A stretch of 35,944 nt of DNA from an uncultured Terriglobus sp. (GTDB lineage Bacteria > Acidobacteriota > Terriglobia > Terriglobales > Acidobacteriaceae): the NCBI GenBank assembly GCA_937871605.1, contig CALMRM010000015.1, positions 9,953-45,896 on the forward strand, in the 5' to 3' direction. The notes beneath the pieces are model-generated. The model searched no databases and was not told the DNA's origin. It saw only the letters and a program-made list of their open reading frames with translations. Positions within the stretch are counted from its first letter, which is position 1; every line of letters starts with the position of its first letter. Made by a program: the position numbers and the translations under genes. Below are positions 18,515 through 28,227 of the stretch, piece by piece.

Positions 18515-19288
18515 ATGCGCTCACTCTGTTGTCTCGCCGCTGCGTCCGTTCTCACCCTTGCCACCGCTGGTCTTTCCGCTCAGCAGGCCGCACCCGCCGG
18601 AGGCATGCAAGGCATGGACCACGGCAACATGCAGGGCATGCAGCATGGCGACATGCACATGGACGAGAAGGCCGAGCCCATCCAGGGTGGCGGCATCTTC
18701 GTGCCCGGCTGGCAGGGCAAGGTGGATGACGGCGCGGCCAAGCAGGGCCAAACCGAGAAGGACTCGAAATTTGTGAAGGAAGGCGACGGCTTCCACATCA
18801 CCACCGGCCCGGCGATTACGTACTTCAACCCGAGCATGAAGGCCACGGGCGACTACACCGTTTCCGCCACGTTCAACGAGCCAAAGTACATGAACCGCAA
18901 CTCGCACCCACACCCGTACGGCATCGTGATTGCGGGCAGCGGCCTGGGCACCGACAGCCCCAGTGAGCTGTACTGCGCCGCGTATGGCAATGGGCGCTTT
19001 ATCATGCGCGGCTTTTCGCCTGCGCCTTTCCAGCTGAACGGCCGTGGCGAGGCGAACGATGCCGTGCACAAAGCCGCCGCTGTGGGCGAGCCCGTGACGC
19101 AGAAGATTGCACTGCAGGTCAAGGGCGACAAGGTCAGCTGCATCATCAACGACGTGACCGTGGGCAGCTATGACAAAAGCGCCGTGTTGACGGATGGCAA
19201 GCTGAAGACGCTGGACGGCGTGTACGGCATCCGCTTCGCGCACAACACGGATGCGATGGTAACCGGCTTCAAGATGACGAAGAATTAA
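18515..19288 (+). CDS. Secreted protein with a Met/His-rich N-terminus and a beta-rich (possibly concanavalin/DUF1080-like) domain
   Basis: AAGGA RBS, signal peptide, MQGMDHGNMQGMQHGDMHMD; the fold assignment is inference. Confidence 0.75.
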   Translation: MRSLCCLAAASVLTLATAGLSAQQAAPAGGMQGMDHGNMQGMQHGDMHMDEKAEPIQGGGIFVPGWQGKVDDGAAKQGQTEKDSKFVKEGDGFHITTGPAITYFNPSMKATGDYTVSATFNEPKYMNRNSHPHPYGIVIAGSGLGTDSPSELYCAAYGNGRFIMRGFSPAPFQLNGRGEANDAVHKAAAVGEPVTQKIALQVKGDKVSCIINDVTVGSYDKSAVLTDGKLKTLDGVYGIRFAHNTDAMVTGFKMTKN

Positions 19289-19301
19289 AGGCGTGCAGGC
19301 T

Positions 19302-19334
19302 AGCGCCAGACACTCACAACAGCCGTCTGGCGCT
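19302..19334. terminator. Hairpin between convergent genes
   Basis: Perfect 10-bp inverted repeat AGCGCCAGAC/GTCTGGCGCT. Confidence 0.5.
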
Positions 19335-19435
19335 GGCTGTCACATGAGAAACTTTGCCTTCCCATCTGGGTTTGTGGGTGATTCATGCATGCTTACTCTG
19401 CGCCAAGCCAACTGCTGGATGAGATTGGAACCTTG

Positions 19436-20044
19436 TTACTGGCGTACGTATCGTTGAAACCCAAAAAATGGGTCATGCGGGGGTAACTGGTAGAAGTGGC
19501 CCTCCATGAGAACAACCTTGCCCTCTACTTTCTTCATGACCTTTGCCGATCCGTAGCCATGGATAGTCTTGTCTTCTTTTAGAACCGAATAACCGTACCG
19601 CAGAGCGTCACAATTCGTGAAGGTTCCCCACGTATTTTCCCAAGGGTACGGTGTTTGGAAATCGCGGCGCACCCAGCCTGCCTCGGCGTAGGTTGCATCC
19701 CACAGGCGCTGACCGTTGATCTCGAACTCCCATCCAAGAATCCCTTTCTTCACGACGATGGTGCATCTTCCGCCGTGTTTATAGGTGTCGCCCTGGCGAA
19801 TGCACTCGTACGTCCAATCACTGCCATCGATTTTGGGTGGATCTGAAAACTTTACGTTTAGCTGACGCCAGAACGCAAAGATTGACGCCACAGACTCCAC
19901 GATGAGGATGGCGACGAACTTACCCTGGTAGTCTTTAAGGCCCGGCGTTGGCCACAGAAACGAGCGAAACGTGATGGCTGCAGTCGATAGAAAGACGGCA
20001 AGCAACGCGTAGAACAGAACAGTTCGGAAGGTTCTATCGTTCAC
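19436..20044 (-). CDS. AT-richer orphan with 2 N-terminal TM helices and a beta-rich domain (S-2TM-beta/Cap15-like architecture)
   Basis: GTG start; two hydrophobic helices, then PKIDGSDW and many short beta-strand-like segments; lower GC than the flanks. Confidence 0.65.
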   Translation of the reverse strand: MNDRTFRTVLFYALLAVFLSTAAITFRSFLWPTPGLKDYQGKFVAILIVESVASIFAFWRQLNVKFSDPPKIDGSDWTYECIRQGDTYKHGGRCTIVVKKGILGWEFEINGQRLWDATYAEAGWVRRDFQTPYPWENTWGTFTNCDALRYGYSVLKEDKTIHGYGSAKVMKKVEGKVVLMEGHFYQLPPHDPFFGFQRYVRQ

Positions 20045-20238
20045 GAAACCCCGCAACCACGTTGAGTGTGAATAAGTACGCGTAGTGTACTCAATTGCAT
20101 TCCAGGACGGTAGTACCATCTCGCCAAGCAGATGCGGCAGGTAAGTCGCCGCATGTAGCAAGTTCCTGCCGTTGCTATCAGCGCGCGCCAACAAGGCTCG
20201 CCTGTCATGCCTCGCATAAAAACAGTAGAGTGGACGGC

Positions 20239-21819
20239 ATGGTCCGGTTTCTGTTTCTACCTGCTGTTGCCCTGCTCTGCCTGCCGGTGGCGCATGCCGC
20301 TGATTGTGCCTCTCTCAAGTCACTCGCGCTGCCGGACACAGCCATTACAGCGGCTGAGAGCACCGGGCCGGGTGTAATTCCTGGCGGTGTCATGGCGGGC
20401 AGTGCGCCCTCAAAGCAGATGCCTGCCTTTTGCCGGATTACAGGGATTCTGCACCCGACTTCGGACTCGGCAATCCGCTTTGAGGTGTGGCTGCCGGAGG
20501 CGGCGGCGTTGAACGGTCGCATCCTGAAGACGTTCAATTTCGGCTTCGGCGGCAGCATCGACTACCGGCAGATGGGCAACAACCTGCAGCGCGGCTACGC
20601 TACGGCGGGCAGCGACGCCGGCCACCAGGCCGAGGCGGAGGATGCCAGCTGGGCCTATCGGCATCCGGAGAAGATCGCTCATTTCGGCTGGCGCGCCACG
20701 CACCTGACGGCCGTGCGATCCAAAGATGTGGTGAAGGCCTTTTACGGCAAGCCGCAGACCACGGCTTATTTCGACGCCTGCAGCGATGGTGGGCGCGAGG
20801 CGCTGATGGAGGCGCAGCGCTTTCCGGAGGACTATGACGGCATCCTGGCCGGTGCGCCCGCTAACAACTGGACGCGCATGCTCACCGCAGGTATCGCGCT
20901 GGCACAGGTCACCACGCGCAATCCGGCGGCATACATCAGCAGCAAAAAGCTACCCGCCATTAACGCGGCCTCGCTTGCCGCGTGCGACGCACAGGATGGT
21001 GTGAAGGACGGCATCGTGAGCGACCCGGCACACTGCCATTTCGACCCTGCGGTGTTGCTGTGCAAGGGCGCGGACGATCTCAACTGCCTTACCTCACCGC
21101 AGGTGGGCTCGCTGCGGGCGTTCTACGCGGGTGGCCATGATCCTCGCAATCGCGAGAGCGCGGGAAAGCTGATCTTCCCGGGCCTGCTGCCGGGCGACGA
21201 GAACCCCATTTGGCATGACTGGATCCTGGGCAACGCACCCAACGGCTCAAACTATACCAACGGCTTCTTCCGATACATGGTCTACAACGATCCCACCTGG
21301 CAGCCGCTGACCGCGCATATCGCCGACGCGCTGAAAACAGCCAGCGAGCGCGTGGGTAAGGACGTGGACGCCACCGACCCGGACCTGCGTCCCTTTGCGA
21401 AGCATGGCGGCAAGCTCGTGATCTATCACGGCTGGAACGACCCGGCTATTTCGCCGTGGAACAGCGTGGACTACTACCGCTCCGTCGAAACGGCAATGGG
21501 CGCGGATGCCGCGCAGGCCACCGTCCGGCTGTACCTCCTGCCCGGCATGGAGCACTGCCTGAACGGCCCCGGCCCCAACGTGATGGGCCAGCTGAGCCTG
21601 CCTGGCGCGGGCGGCTCTGGCACCGGCGCGCTGGACCTGTTGCAGCAGTGGGTGGAGAAGGGCCAGGCTCCCGGGTCGATTCTCGCCGTCAAGCTCAGTG
21701 GGACGAAGGAAGCGCCCGTGATCACCGTGCGCCCGGTCTGCGCCTTTCCGCAGGAAGCCAGGTACGACGGCAAGGGCGACCCCAAGGTACCGGGCAGCTT
21801 CAGCTGTGTGGCACCGTAG
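20239..21819 (+). CDS. Tannase/feruloyl esterase family alpha/beta hydrolase
   Basis: Signal peptide; CSDGGRE, YDGILAGAP, YHGWND, PGMEHC, RPVCAFP. Confidence 0.93.
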   Translation: MVRFLFLPAVALLCLPVAHAADCASLKSLALPDTAITAAESTGPGVIPGGVMAGSAPSKQMPAFCRITGILHPTSDSAIRFEVWLPEAAALNGRILKTFNFGFGGSIDYRQMGNNLQRGYATAGSDAGHQAEAEDASWAYRHPEKIAHFGWRATHLTAVRSKDVVKAFYGKPQTTAYFDACSDGGREALMEAQRFPEDYDGILAGAPANNWTRMLTAGIALAQVTTRNPAAYISSKKLPAINAASLAACDAQDGVKDGIVSDPAHCHFDPAVLLCKGADDLNCLTSPQVGSLRAFYAGGHDPRNRESAGKLIFPGLLPGDENPIWHDWILGNAPNGSNYTNGFFRYMVYNDPTWQPLTAHIADALKTASERVGKDVDATDPDLRPFAKHGGKLVIYHGWNDPAISPWNSVDYYRSVETAMGADAAQATVRLYLLPGMEHCLNGPGPNVMGQLSLPGAGGSGTGALDLLQQWVEKGQAPGSILAVKLSGTKEAPVITVRPVCAFPQEARYDGKGDPKVPGSFSCVAP

Positions 21820-22037
21820 CGGCACGCCTATCCGTGCGCGTGCGCACGTTGTTCCAGAGATCACCGGTGCTGCTTGCATGAGCGCGACAGAACGTAGGTG
21901 CAGGCCGGGAATGTTCGCGTATCAGCGGCGCCATTTACAGTTGCGCTTGCGATGGATGGTGCGTCATGCTGGAAGGGCCGTCGTGGACCATGCGTCGACG
22001 AGTCTGGCAAAGGCGTGCAGGTTAGAAAGGGTTGGGC

Positions 22038-23057
22038 ATGGCTGTGAGGCGAAGTGGTTGGCTGCTGATCGGGATTGTGGCGTTGGGCGTGGTGGGCTAC
22101 AAGGTGCAGCGCAAGCTTCCGCCGTACCAGATGGGCTTTCATGAAGCTGCAGTGGAGGCAAGCAGTGCCGACCCCAACACGGCGGGGCCGCACGTGGGGA
22201 GTTGCCCGGTGTTTCCCCCGGACAACATCTGGAACACGCCGGTCGACAAGCTCGACAAACATCCCAAGTCAGACGCCTATATCCAGTCCATCGGGCCGCA
22301 GCAGCATATGCACCCGGACTTCGCTTCTGCCTTCAAATACGGCATTCCATTTACGGAGGCACCGGCTGGTACACGGGCAGTTCCGGTGGACTTTGAGAAC
22401 AAGGACGAGAGCGACCCCGGACCTTATCGCATTCCGGCCGATGCTCCCGTGGAAGGCGCCGGCGCTGAGGGTGACGCGCACGTCCTCGTCATCGATGCGC
22501 AAAATTGCACGCTGTATGAGCTGTATGGTGCGCACAAGGATGGCGCGGGCTGGAAAGCAGGCTCGGGCATTGCCGTGGACCTGAAGAGCGATGCCCTGCG
22601 CAAGGCCGGCAGGACGTCTGCCGATGCCGCGGGCTTGCCAATCTTTCCAGGGCTGGTGCGCTATGACGAGATAGAAGCGGGCGAGATACGGCACGCGCTG
22701 CGCTTTACGGTGCCGCACACGCAGGGCAGCTATGTGTGGCCGGCTCGCCATAGCTCCGGCAGGCCCGACGCAAACCTGCCGCCCATGGGCATGCGGTTCC
22801 GGCTCAAGCCCGACTTTGACATCTCCACCTACTCCAAGACGAACCGCATTATTCTGCGTGCGCTGAAACGCTACGGCATGTTCCTTTCCGACAACGGCGG
22901 CACGCTTTACCTGAGCGGGGTGCCGGATAAGCGCTGGGAAGACGACGACCTGCGAAAGTTGCGCAACGTGACCATGGATGCCTTTGAGGCCGTCGATGAG
23001 GCCGACCTGGAACTGAAACCGAACTCCGGCCAGGTGGATCCGAAGTTCATGAAGTAG
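22038..23057 (+). CDS. Conserved hypothetical exported protein
   Basis: N-terminal TM; FPPDNIWNTP, GDAH, SADAAGLP, IRHALRF, LKRYGMFLSDNG; function unknown. Confidence 0.8.
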   Translation: MAVRRSGWLLIGIVALGVVGYKVQRKLPPYQMGFHEAAVEASSADPNTAGPHVGSCPVFPPDNIWNTPVDKLDKHPKSDAYIQSIGPQQHMHPDFASAFKYGIPFTEAPAGTRAVPVDFENKDESDPGPYRIPADAPVEGAGAEGDAHVLVIDAQNCTLYELYGAHKDGAGWKAGSGIAVDLKSDALRKAGRTSADAAGLPIFPGLVRYDEIEAGEIRHALRFTVPHTQGSYVWPARHSSGRPDANLPPMGMRFRLKPDFDISTYSKTNRIILRALKRYGMFLSDNGGTLYLSGVPDKRWEDDDLRKLRNVTMDAFEAVDEADLELKPNSGQVDPKFMK

Positions 23058-23189
23058 GGCTGCACGCTCTGCACACAGAAGAGGGCGTGCCTAGGAAGCA
23101 TTCTTTGCCGCAGCAGCAGGGTGCTTTCACATGTGGCCGCGGAACCCACAGGGCTCCGTTTGCGTAGTGCCGTTGAGGATGGTGCGTGC

Positions 23190-23410
23190 ATGCTGAAGCT
23201 GCTGGTGTGGTGCGTGTTGCTGGTGGTGTGCTGGCCGCTGGCGCTGTTGGCGCTGGTGCTGTACCCGGTAGTGTGGCTGCTACTGTTGCCATTTCGCGTG
23301 GTGGGCTTCGCGGTAGAGGTGTGTTGTCGCTCGTGTGGGCAGTGCTCACGTTGCCCGCGCGGCTGCTGGGCGCGGGGCCGCGGCGGCGAGACAGGTACCT
23401 GGCCGTATGA
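23190..23410 (+). pseudogene. Small hydrophobic membrane protein with an apparent 1-nt deletion at ~23318
   Basis: MLKLLVWCVLL...GFAVE continues naturally as GVLSLVWAVLTLPARLL... in another frame if one G is added to GAGG. Confidence 0.7.
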
Positions 23411-23591
23411 CATGCTTACCCGGTCCGGGACAATCGCTATTCGGTCTAGACTGGCTGCATGCGACGGATGGTTCTCGGCCTGTGTCGAGGTGTCCACCTA
23501 TCAAACACTGACGCCAAGACGAATGGTCGCGGATAAACCCTGCACCACACCCTAGGATGCATCGCGCACACCGCGCTATCATCGAATCTGT

Positions 23592-23657
23592 ATGGCGTTC
23601 CTGCACACATCGGTGAGTTCTGCCCGCGCTGCAGCGGCACGCCTCGGCTTTGCCTAG
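23592..23657 (+). CDS. Putative prfA leader peptide (uORF) [21 protein letters not shown] ending in UAG
   Basis: TATCAT -10-like box at 23577-23582; ATG 23592; TAG 23655-23657; anti-SD CCTCCT follows. Confidence 0.5.
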   Translation: MAFLHTSVSSARAAAARLGFA

Positions 23658-23662
23658 CTGCG

Positions 23663-23736
23663 CCTCCTGCGCACGGCTTGCCCTGTTTCACCACTACTCG
23701 ATTCCCGCACCAGCACTGCGCACGTTCGCAGAGGAG
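23663..23736 (+). promoter_or_regulatory. Putative anti-SD/SD helix sequestering the prfA RBS
   Basis: CUCCUGCGCACG (23664-23675) can pair with CGUUCGCAGAGGAG (23723-23736) with one mismatch and a 2-nt bulge. Confidence 0.5.
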
Positions 23737-23742
23737 CACACC

Positions 23743-24816
23743 ATGTTCGACCGCCTGCAACAGCTTGATGACCGCTTTCGTGAGTTGGAAGCCGACCTGG
23801 CCGACCCCAGCATCATCACCGACCAGCAGCGCTTTCAGAAAACCGGCAAGCAGCACCGTGACATGGAGCCGGTGATCGAGCGGTTTCGCGAGTACAAGCA
23901 GGTGCAGGCCGGCATTGCCGATGCCCGGCTGATGCTTGCCGAGGATGATGCGGACATCAAGGCCATGGCGCAGGAAGAACTCTCCACGCTGGAGGCCCGG
24001 CTGCCAGAGATCGAGGAGCAGCTCAAGGTCATGCTGCTGCCCAAAGACCCGAACGACGACAAGAACGTGGTGCTCGAAATTCGTGCGGCCACCGGCGGCG
24101 ACGAGGCAAGCCTGTTTGCGGCGGAGGTCTTCCGCATGTACCTCCGCTATGCGGAACTACACCGCTGGAAGGTGGAAATCCTGTCGGAAACAGAATCCAG
24201 CGTGGGCGGCATGAAGGATGTGACGGCGCTGATTGAAGGCGATCGCGTCTTTTCGCTGCTGAAGTACGAGAGCGGCGTACACCGTGTGCAGCGTGTGCCC
24301 GCCACGGAGACCCAGGGCCGCGTACACACCTCGGCGATCACCGTCGCCGTGCTGCCCGAGGCGGAAGAAGTGGACGTCAAGGTGGAGCAGAAGGACTTGC
24401 GCATTGACACGTTCTGCTCGTCAGGGCCGGGCGGGCAGTCGGTCAACACGACGTACTCCGCGATCCGCATCACGCACTTGCCGACCAATACCGTGGTCAG
24501 TTGCCAGGACGAGAAGTCGCAGATCAAAAACCGCGAAAAAGCGATGCGCGTGTTGCGTTCGCGCCTGTATGAAGTGGAGATGGAGAAGCAGCACCAGGCG
24601 CAGGCCACGGCGCGCAAATCGCAGGTGGGCAGCGGTGATCGCTCTGAGAAGATTCGGACCTACAACTTCCCGCAGAACCGGCTGACGGACCACCGCATCG
24701 GCCTGACCCTGCACCAACTGGAGTACGTGATGGAAGGCAAGCTGCAGCCCATCGTCGATGCACTCATCGCACATGACACCAGTGAACGGCTGAAGGCCGA
24801 GGCCGTCGCGGCATAG
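23743..24816 (+). CDS. prfA: Peptide chain release factor 1
   Basis: RF1-type PAT (PxT) motif in [22 protein letters not shown]; GAGGAG RBS; followed by prmC. Confidence 0.98.
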   Translation: MFDRLQQLDDRFRELEADLADPSIITDQQRFQKTGKQHRDMEPVIERFREYKQVQAGIADARLMLAEDDADIKAMAQEELSTLEARLPEIEEQLKVMLLPKDPNDDKNVVLEIRAATGGDEASLFAAEVFRMYLRYAELHRWKVEILSETESSVGGMKDVTALIEGDRVFSLLKYESGVHRVQRVPATETQGRVHTSAITVAVLPEAEEVDVKVEQKDLRIDTFCSSGPGGQSVNTTYSAIRITHLPTNTVVSCQDEKSQIKNREKAMRVLRSRLYEVEMEKQHQAQATARKSQVGSGDRSEKIRTYNFPQNRLTDHRIGLTLHQLEYVMEGKLQPIVDALIAHDTSERLKAEAVAA

Positions 24817-24842
24817 TACAGTTCCTGACGCTCAGCGTCGTT

Positions 24843-24949
24843 CGTGATCCTGAGCGCAGCGAAGGACCTGCTTTTGTCCCGGAGCAGCAATGCAGCCTAG
24901 AAGGAAAAGCAGGTCCTTCGACTTCGCTGCGCTCCGCTCAGGATGACGA
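24843..24949. repeat. REP-like element, family A (inverted pair) between prfA and prmC
   Basis: CGTGATCCTGAGCGCAGCGAAGGACCTGCTTTT ... AAAAGCAGGTCCTTCG...CGCTCAGGATGACG. Confidence 0.85.
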
Positions 24950-24977
24950 GCATTGAGAACGAAAGGCGTGTGACGTG

Positions 24978-25889
24978 ATGGCAGCGAACAGCACAGTTCC
25001 AGACGCGCACGATCCGCTAAAGATTGCCGGATGCACGGTTGCGGATGCATTGCGCGTCGGCACGGCACGGTTGCAGATGCGCGACGATCTCCGCGACAAC
25101 GCGACGCGCGATGCGCAACAGATCCTGGAGATCGCCATGGGCCTCTCCCGCGTGCAGATGCTTGCCACACCGGAGCGCCCGTTGCGCGAAGAAGAGGCAG
25201 GCAGCTTTCAGGGCATGGTCGCGCAACGGCGTGGTGGGGTGCCCATCCAGCACTTGCGCGGCTCGCAGGAGTTCTTTGGACGCAGTTTCTCGGTAACACC
25301 GGATGTGCTGATTCCCCGGCCTGAGACGGAGGGCATCGTGGAGGAAGTGCTACGGCTTTGTACGGATCGCTCCGCACCGCTGCGCATTGCGGACGTGGGC
25401 ACCGGTAGCGGCATCCTTGCGGTGACGTTGGCCCTGGAGTACCCCGCGAGTGTTGTGCTGGCACTGGATCTTTCACGGGCAGCGCTGGCCGTGGCGCGAG
25501 ACAATGCATCTGCATTGGGTGCGCGCAACGTGCGCTTTGCGGAGAGTGATCTGCTGGCCGCGGCGGGTGATGAGCGCTTTGACATGATCGTGTCGAACCC
25601 GCCGTACATCCCACTCACAGAGGCCGCTGAGCTGCACCGGCAGGTGCGCGATCATGAGCCGCACCTGGCGTTGTTCGGCGGCGAGGATGGGCTCGATGTC
25701 ATTCGACGGTTGGTGCCGCAGGCAGCGGCGCACCTGCGCCCAGATGGTTGGTTGCTGATGGAAACTGCAGGTCGCAGCACAGCTCTTGACGGCCTTTTTC
25801 GGGAGTGGAATGTTCACTACATGAAAGACCTGCAAGGAATTGAGAGGGTCGCAGCCGCTCAGCACACTACACTGCTCCAGTCCCATTAG
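24978..25889 (+). CDS. prmC: Release factor N5-glutamine methyltransferase
   Basis: VLIPRPETE, DVGTGSG, VSNPPY, EPHLALFGGEDG. Confidence 0.96.
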   Translation: MAANSTVPDAHDPLKIAGCTVADALRVGTARLQMRDDLRDNATRDAQQILEIAMGLSRVQMLATPERPLREEEAGSFQGMVAQRRGGVPIQHLRGSQEFFGRSFSVTPDVLIPRPETEGIVEEVLRLCTDRSAPLRIADVGTGSGILAVTLALEYPASVVLALDLSRAALAVARDNASALGARNVRFAESDLLAAAGDERFDMIVSNPPYIPLTEAAELHRQVRDHEPHLALFGGEDGLDVIRRLVPQAAAHLRPDGWLLMETAGRSTALDGLFREWNVHYMKDLQGIERVAAAQHTTLLQSH

Positions 25890-25897
25890 GAGGAAGT

Positions 25898-26299
25898 TTG
25901 CTGGTTCGACCGTGTTTTCTTGTTGTGGATCGTGAGTTCATGGGCAGCATTTCCACCCGCAAGCTGGTGCTGGAGACGGGCAAGCTGAACGTGATCACGG
26001 CGTACTCCTACCCGGAGGGCATGGCCACACTGGAGGCGTTTCCGAATGTACACGGCGTGGTCGTATCCTCTGACCGGAACCGTGAGGCGGAAGGCTTTCT
26101 GCACGCGGTGCGTGCGCGCTACCCGGCGATCAAGCGGGTAATGACGGGGGAACTGCCAGCCGGCGATGTGGCTGACGTGCACGTGGAAAGCTTCGCCCCA
26201 GACAAGCTGCTGCAGGCGATTTGGGGCTTGTTTCCGCAGGAAGCGGCAGAGTTGCAGCGCAAGGAAGCCGATCTTGCCAAGGAGCTCGATCAGGCCTGA
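25898..26299 (+). CDS. Single-domain receiver-like protein (atypical)
   Basis: AGGAGG RBS with TTG start; FLVVD...RKLVLETGKLNVITA pattern; canonical phospho-Asp not evident. Confidence 0.7.
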   Translation: MLVRPCFLVVDREFMGSISTRKLVLETGKLNVITAYSYPEGMATLEAFPNVHGVVVSSDRNREAEGFLHAVRARYPAIKRVMTGELPAGDVADVHVESFAPDKLLQAIWGLFPQEAAELQRKEADLAKELDQA

Positions 26300-26307
26300 A
26301 CCAAGGG

Positions 26308-28047
26308 TCAGCGTTTTTCCTCGTGGTAGTCCTGCTCTGTGTTCACGCCCCACAGCGCGTCCTTGCGTAGATCGCCTGCCAGGATGTTGTCCACGGCGGT
26401 CATGGCGGTTAGCATGCTGTGGTCCTGGTTGTTGTACTTGTGCATGCCGTTGCGGCCGATGAGGAAAAGGTTCTCAAAGCTGTCGGTGAACGCGCGCAAC
26501 TCGTCGAAGCGGCTATACGTGCCGAAGTACGCGGGATAGGTTTTGGGCACGCGCTCCACGTGCGCGTCCAGCACGTCCGCCGCGGTCAGGATGCCGATCT
26601 TTTCCACTTCTGCAATGGCGAAGCGCTTGAGTTCATCGTCTGGCATCTGCCATAGCGGGTCCGTGTCGTAGCAAAAATATTCGAGGCCGATCCACACCTT
26701 GGTGGGATCATCCAGCAGGTGCGGGCTCCAGTTGTTAAAGATCTGCAAACGGCCCAGCAGCACGTCCGGCTCCTGGATGTAGATCCAGGTGTCGCGCAGC
26801 AGCTGACCGTTAGGTTCCTTAACTTCTAACTTGTCCACCAGCAAGCCTACAGTGATGAAGTCGCGATACTGCAGCCCTTCGGCAATCTCGCGCACAGCAG
26901 GCGGGATGGGTGCATCCATGCACGCGATGAGTTCGCGCATGGGCATGGTGGAAAAGAACAGGTCGCCAGTGTGGCGCTGGCGCTCGCCCGCTGCGTTCAC
27001 AGATTCCACCCACAGCACGCGGTTGTCTTTGCAGTGGACGCGGTCCACCGTGCGCCGCATGCGGACCTCTCCCCCGCCCTGCCGGATGAGCTTTGCTACG
27101 TGTTCCCATAGCTGGCCGGGGCCGAGTTTTGGATAGAGAAATCGCTCGATCAGCGACGTGTCGGTTGTTTTCTGCGACACGTCAGACGGGCTGCGCGATG
27201 TTGAGGTGCTGCGGATCGTTTTACGTACGAAGTGTTTGACTGCCGTTGTCAGCGACAGACCCTTAATGCGCTGCGCACCCCACTCTGCGCTGATGGTGTC
27301 GCAGGGCGTGCCCCAGACTTTCTCTGTGTAGCTCTTGAAAAAGGTCAGGTAGAGTTCACGGCCGAAGCGGTTGATGAGAAAATCCTGCAGGCTGCGCTCG
27401 GGTGCAATCTGCCGCAGACGCGAGGCGACATAACTCCAGCCGATGCGTACGACGCGGACCGGGCCCAGGTTCGCCAGCGTACCCGCGTTCAGCGCGATGG
27501 GATAGTCGAAGAAGCGCCGCAGAAAATAGATGCGGCTCTTGCGCGGGCGGATGAGCATGACCAAGTCCGGGTCGCTGGGCGGGTGCGTGACCATAGTGGC
27601 GGTGTGGCCGTGCTCTGCCGGGTGTGGCTCGTTCGCCGGTCCGGCTTCGTCTGTGTCGGTTTCAACTGTGTCGGTTTTGGGGCCCGGCTGCAGTGGCCCC
27701 ATGCCGCGCAGGGGCGGCTCCTGCGGCTGCGCGGCGGGCACGGCGACGGTGCGCTGCCTGCCCTGGTATGCGAGCTCGACATCGCCTGGCGCATCCGATT
27801 CGGGCGGCAAGAGGTCGAGCCACCACTGCATGACGCGGTCGCTTTTGGAAAAGAAGCGGTGGCCGCCAATGTCCATGCGGTAGCCCTTGTACTTGACGGT
27901 GCGCGAGATGCCGCCAATGTCGTTGCTGCTCTCGAGCAGCACCGGATGGATCTTCGAGCGGCGTAGCAGTTCAAGCCCGGCGGTGAGGCCGGCGGGACCT
28001 GCTCCGATGATGATGGCGCGTTGGGGTTCTTGGCTGGGCTCAGGCAT
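26308..28047 (-). CDS. NAD(P)/FAD-dependent oxidoreductase (PRK07208 / UDP-galactopyranose mutase-like)
   Basis: [41 protein letters not shown]. Confidence 0.9.
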   Translation of the reverse strand: MPEPSQEPQRAIIIGAGPAGLTAGLELLRRSKIHPVLLESSNDIGGISRTVKYKGYRMDIGGHRFFSKSDRVMQWWLDLLPPESDAPGDVELAYQGRQRTVAVPAAQPQEPPLRGMGPLQPGPKTDTVETDTDEAGPANEPHPAEHGHTATMVTHPPSDPDLVMLIRPRKSRIYFLRRFFDYPIALNAGTLANLGPVRVVRIGWSYVASRLRQIAPERSLQDFLINRFGRELYLTFFKSYTEKVWGTPCDTISAEWGAQRIKGLSLTTAVKHFVRKTIRSTSTSRSPSDVSQKTTDTSLIERFLYPKLGPGQLWEHVAKLIRQGGGEVRMRRTVDRVHCKDNRVLWVESVNAAGERQRHTGDLFFSTMPMRELIACMDAPIPPAVREIAEGLQYRDFITVGLLVDKLEVKEPNGQLLRDTWIYIQEPDVLLGRLQIFNNWSPHLLDDPTKVWIGLEYFCYDTDPLWQMPDDELKRFAIAEVEKIGILTAADVLDAHVERVPKTYPAYFGTYSRFDELRAFTDSFENLFLIGRNGMHKYNNQDHSMLTAMTAVDNILAGDLRKDALWGVNTEQDYHEEKR

Positions 28048-28107
28048 CGTAACGACGGCCTGGACACACATGAGGCCAACTTGCCAAGTGTAAATGGCGC
28101 TTGGAGA

Positions 28108-28205
28108 AGCAGAACGCGAAGAGCGCGAAGGAAGTGCACGCGAAGGGCGCGATGGCACCTGCTTCGCGTACTTCGCGCAAACCTTCGCGCTCTTCGCGTT
28201 CTGCT
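28108..28205. repeat. Palindromic element (family C) in a divergent promoter region
   Basis: Perfect 24-bp inverted repeat at 28108-28131 and 28182-28205. Confidence 0.85.
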
Positions 28206-28227
28206 CTTGCAGCACTACCATGGAGCG

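Noticed and set aside
15478-23057. Genomic island or prophage
   Set aside because: No integrase, att repeats, tRNA or phage genes; only one gene has clearly atypical composition
23649-23742. prfB-like +1 frameshift from the uORF into the prfA frame (the +1 frame is open from 23617)
   Set aside because: GCC-UAG offers no tRNA re-pairing and there is no internal SD; prfA has its own strong RBS and a normal N-terminus; a 42-codon open frame is unremarkable at this GC
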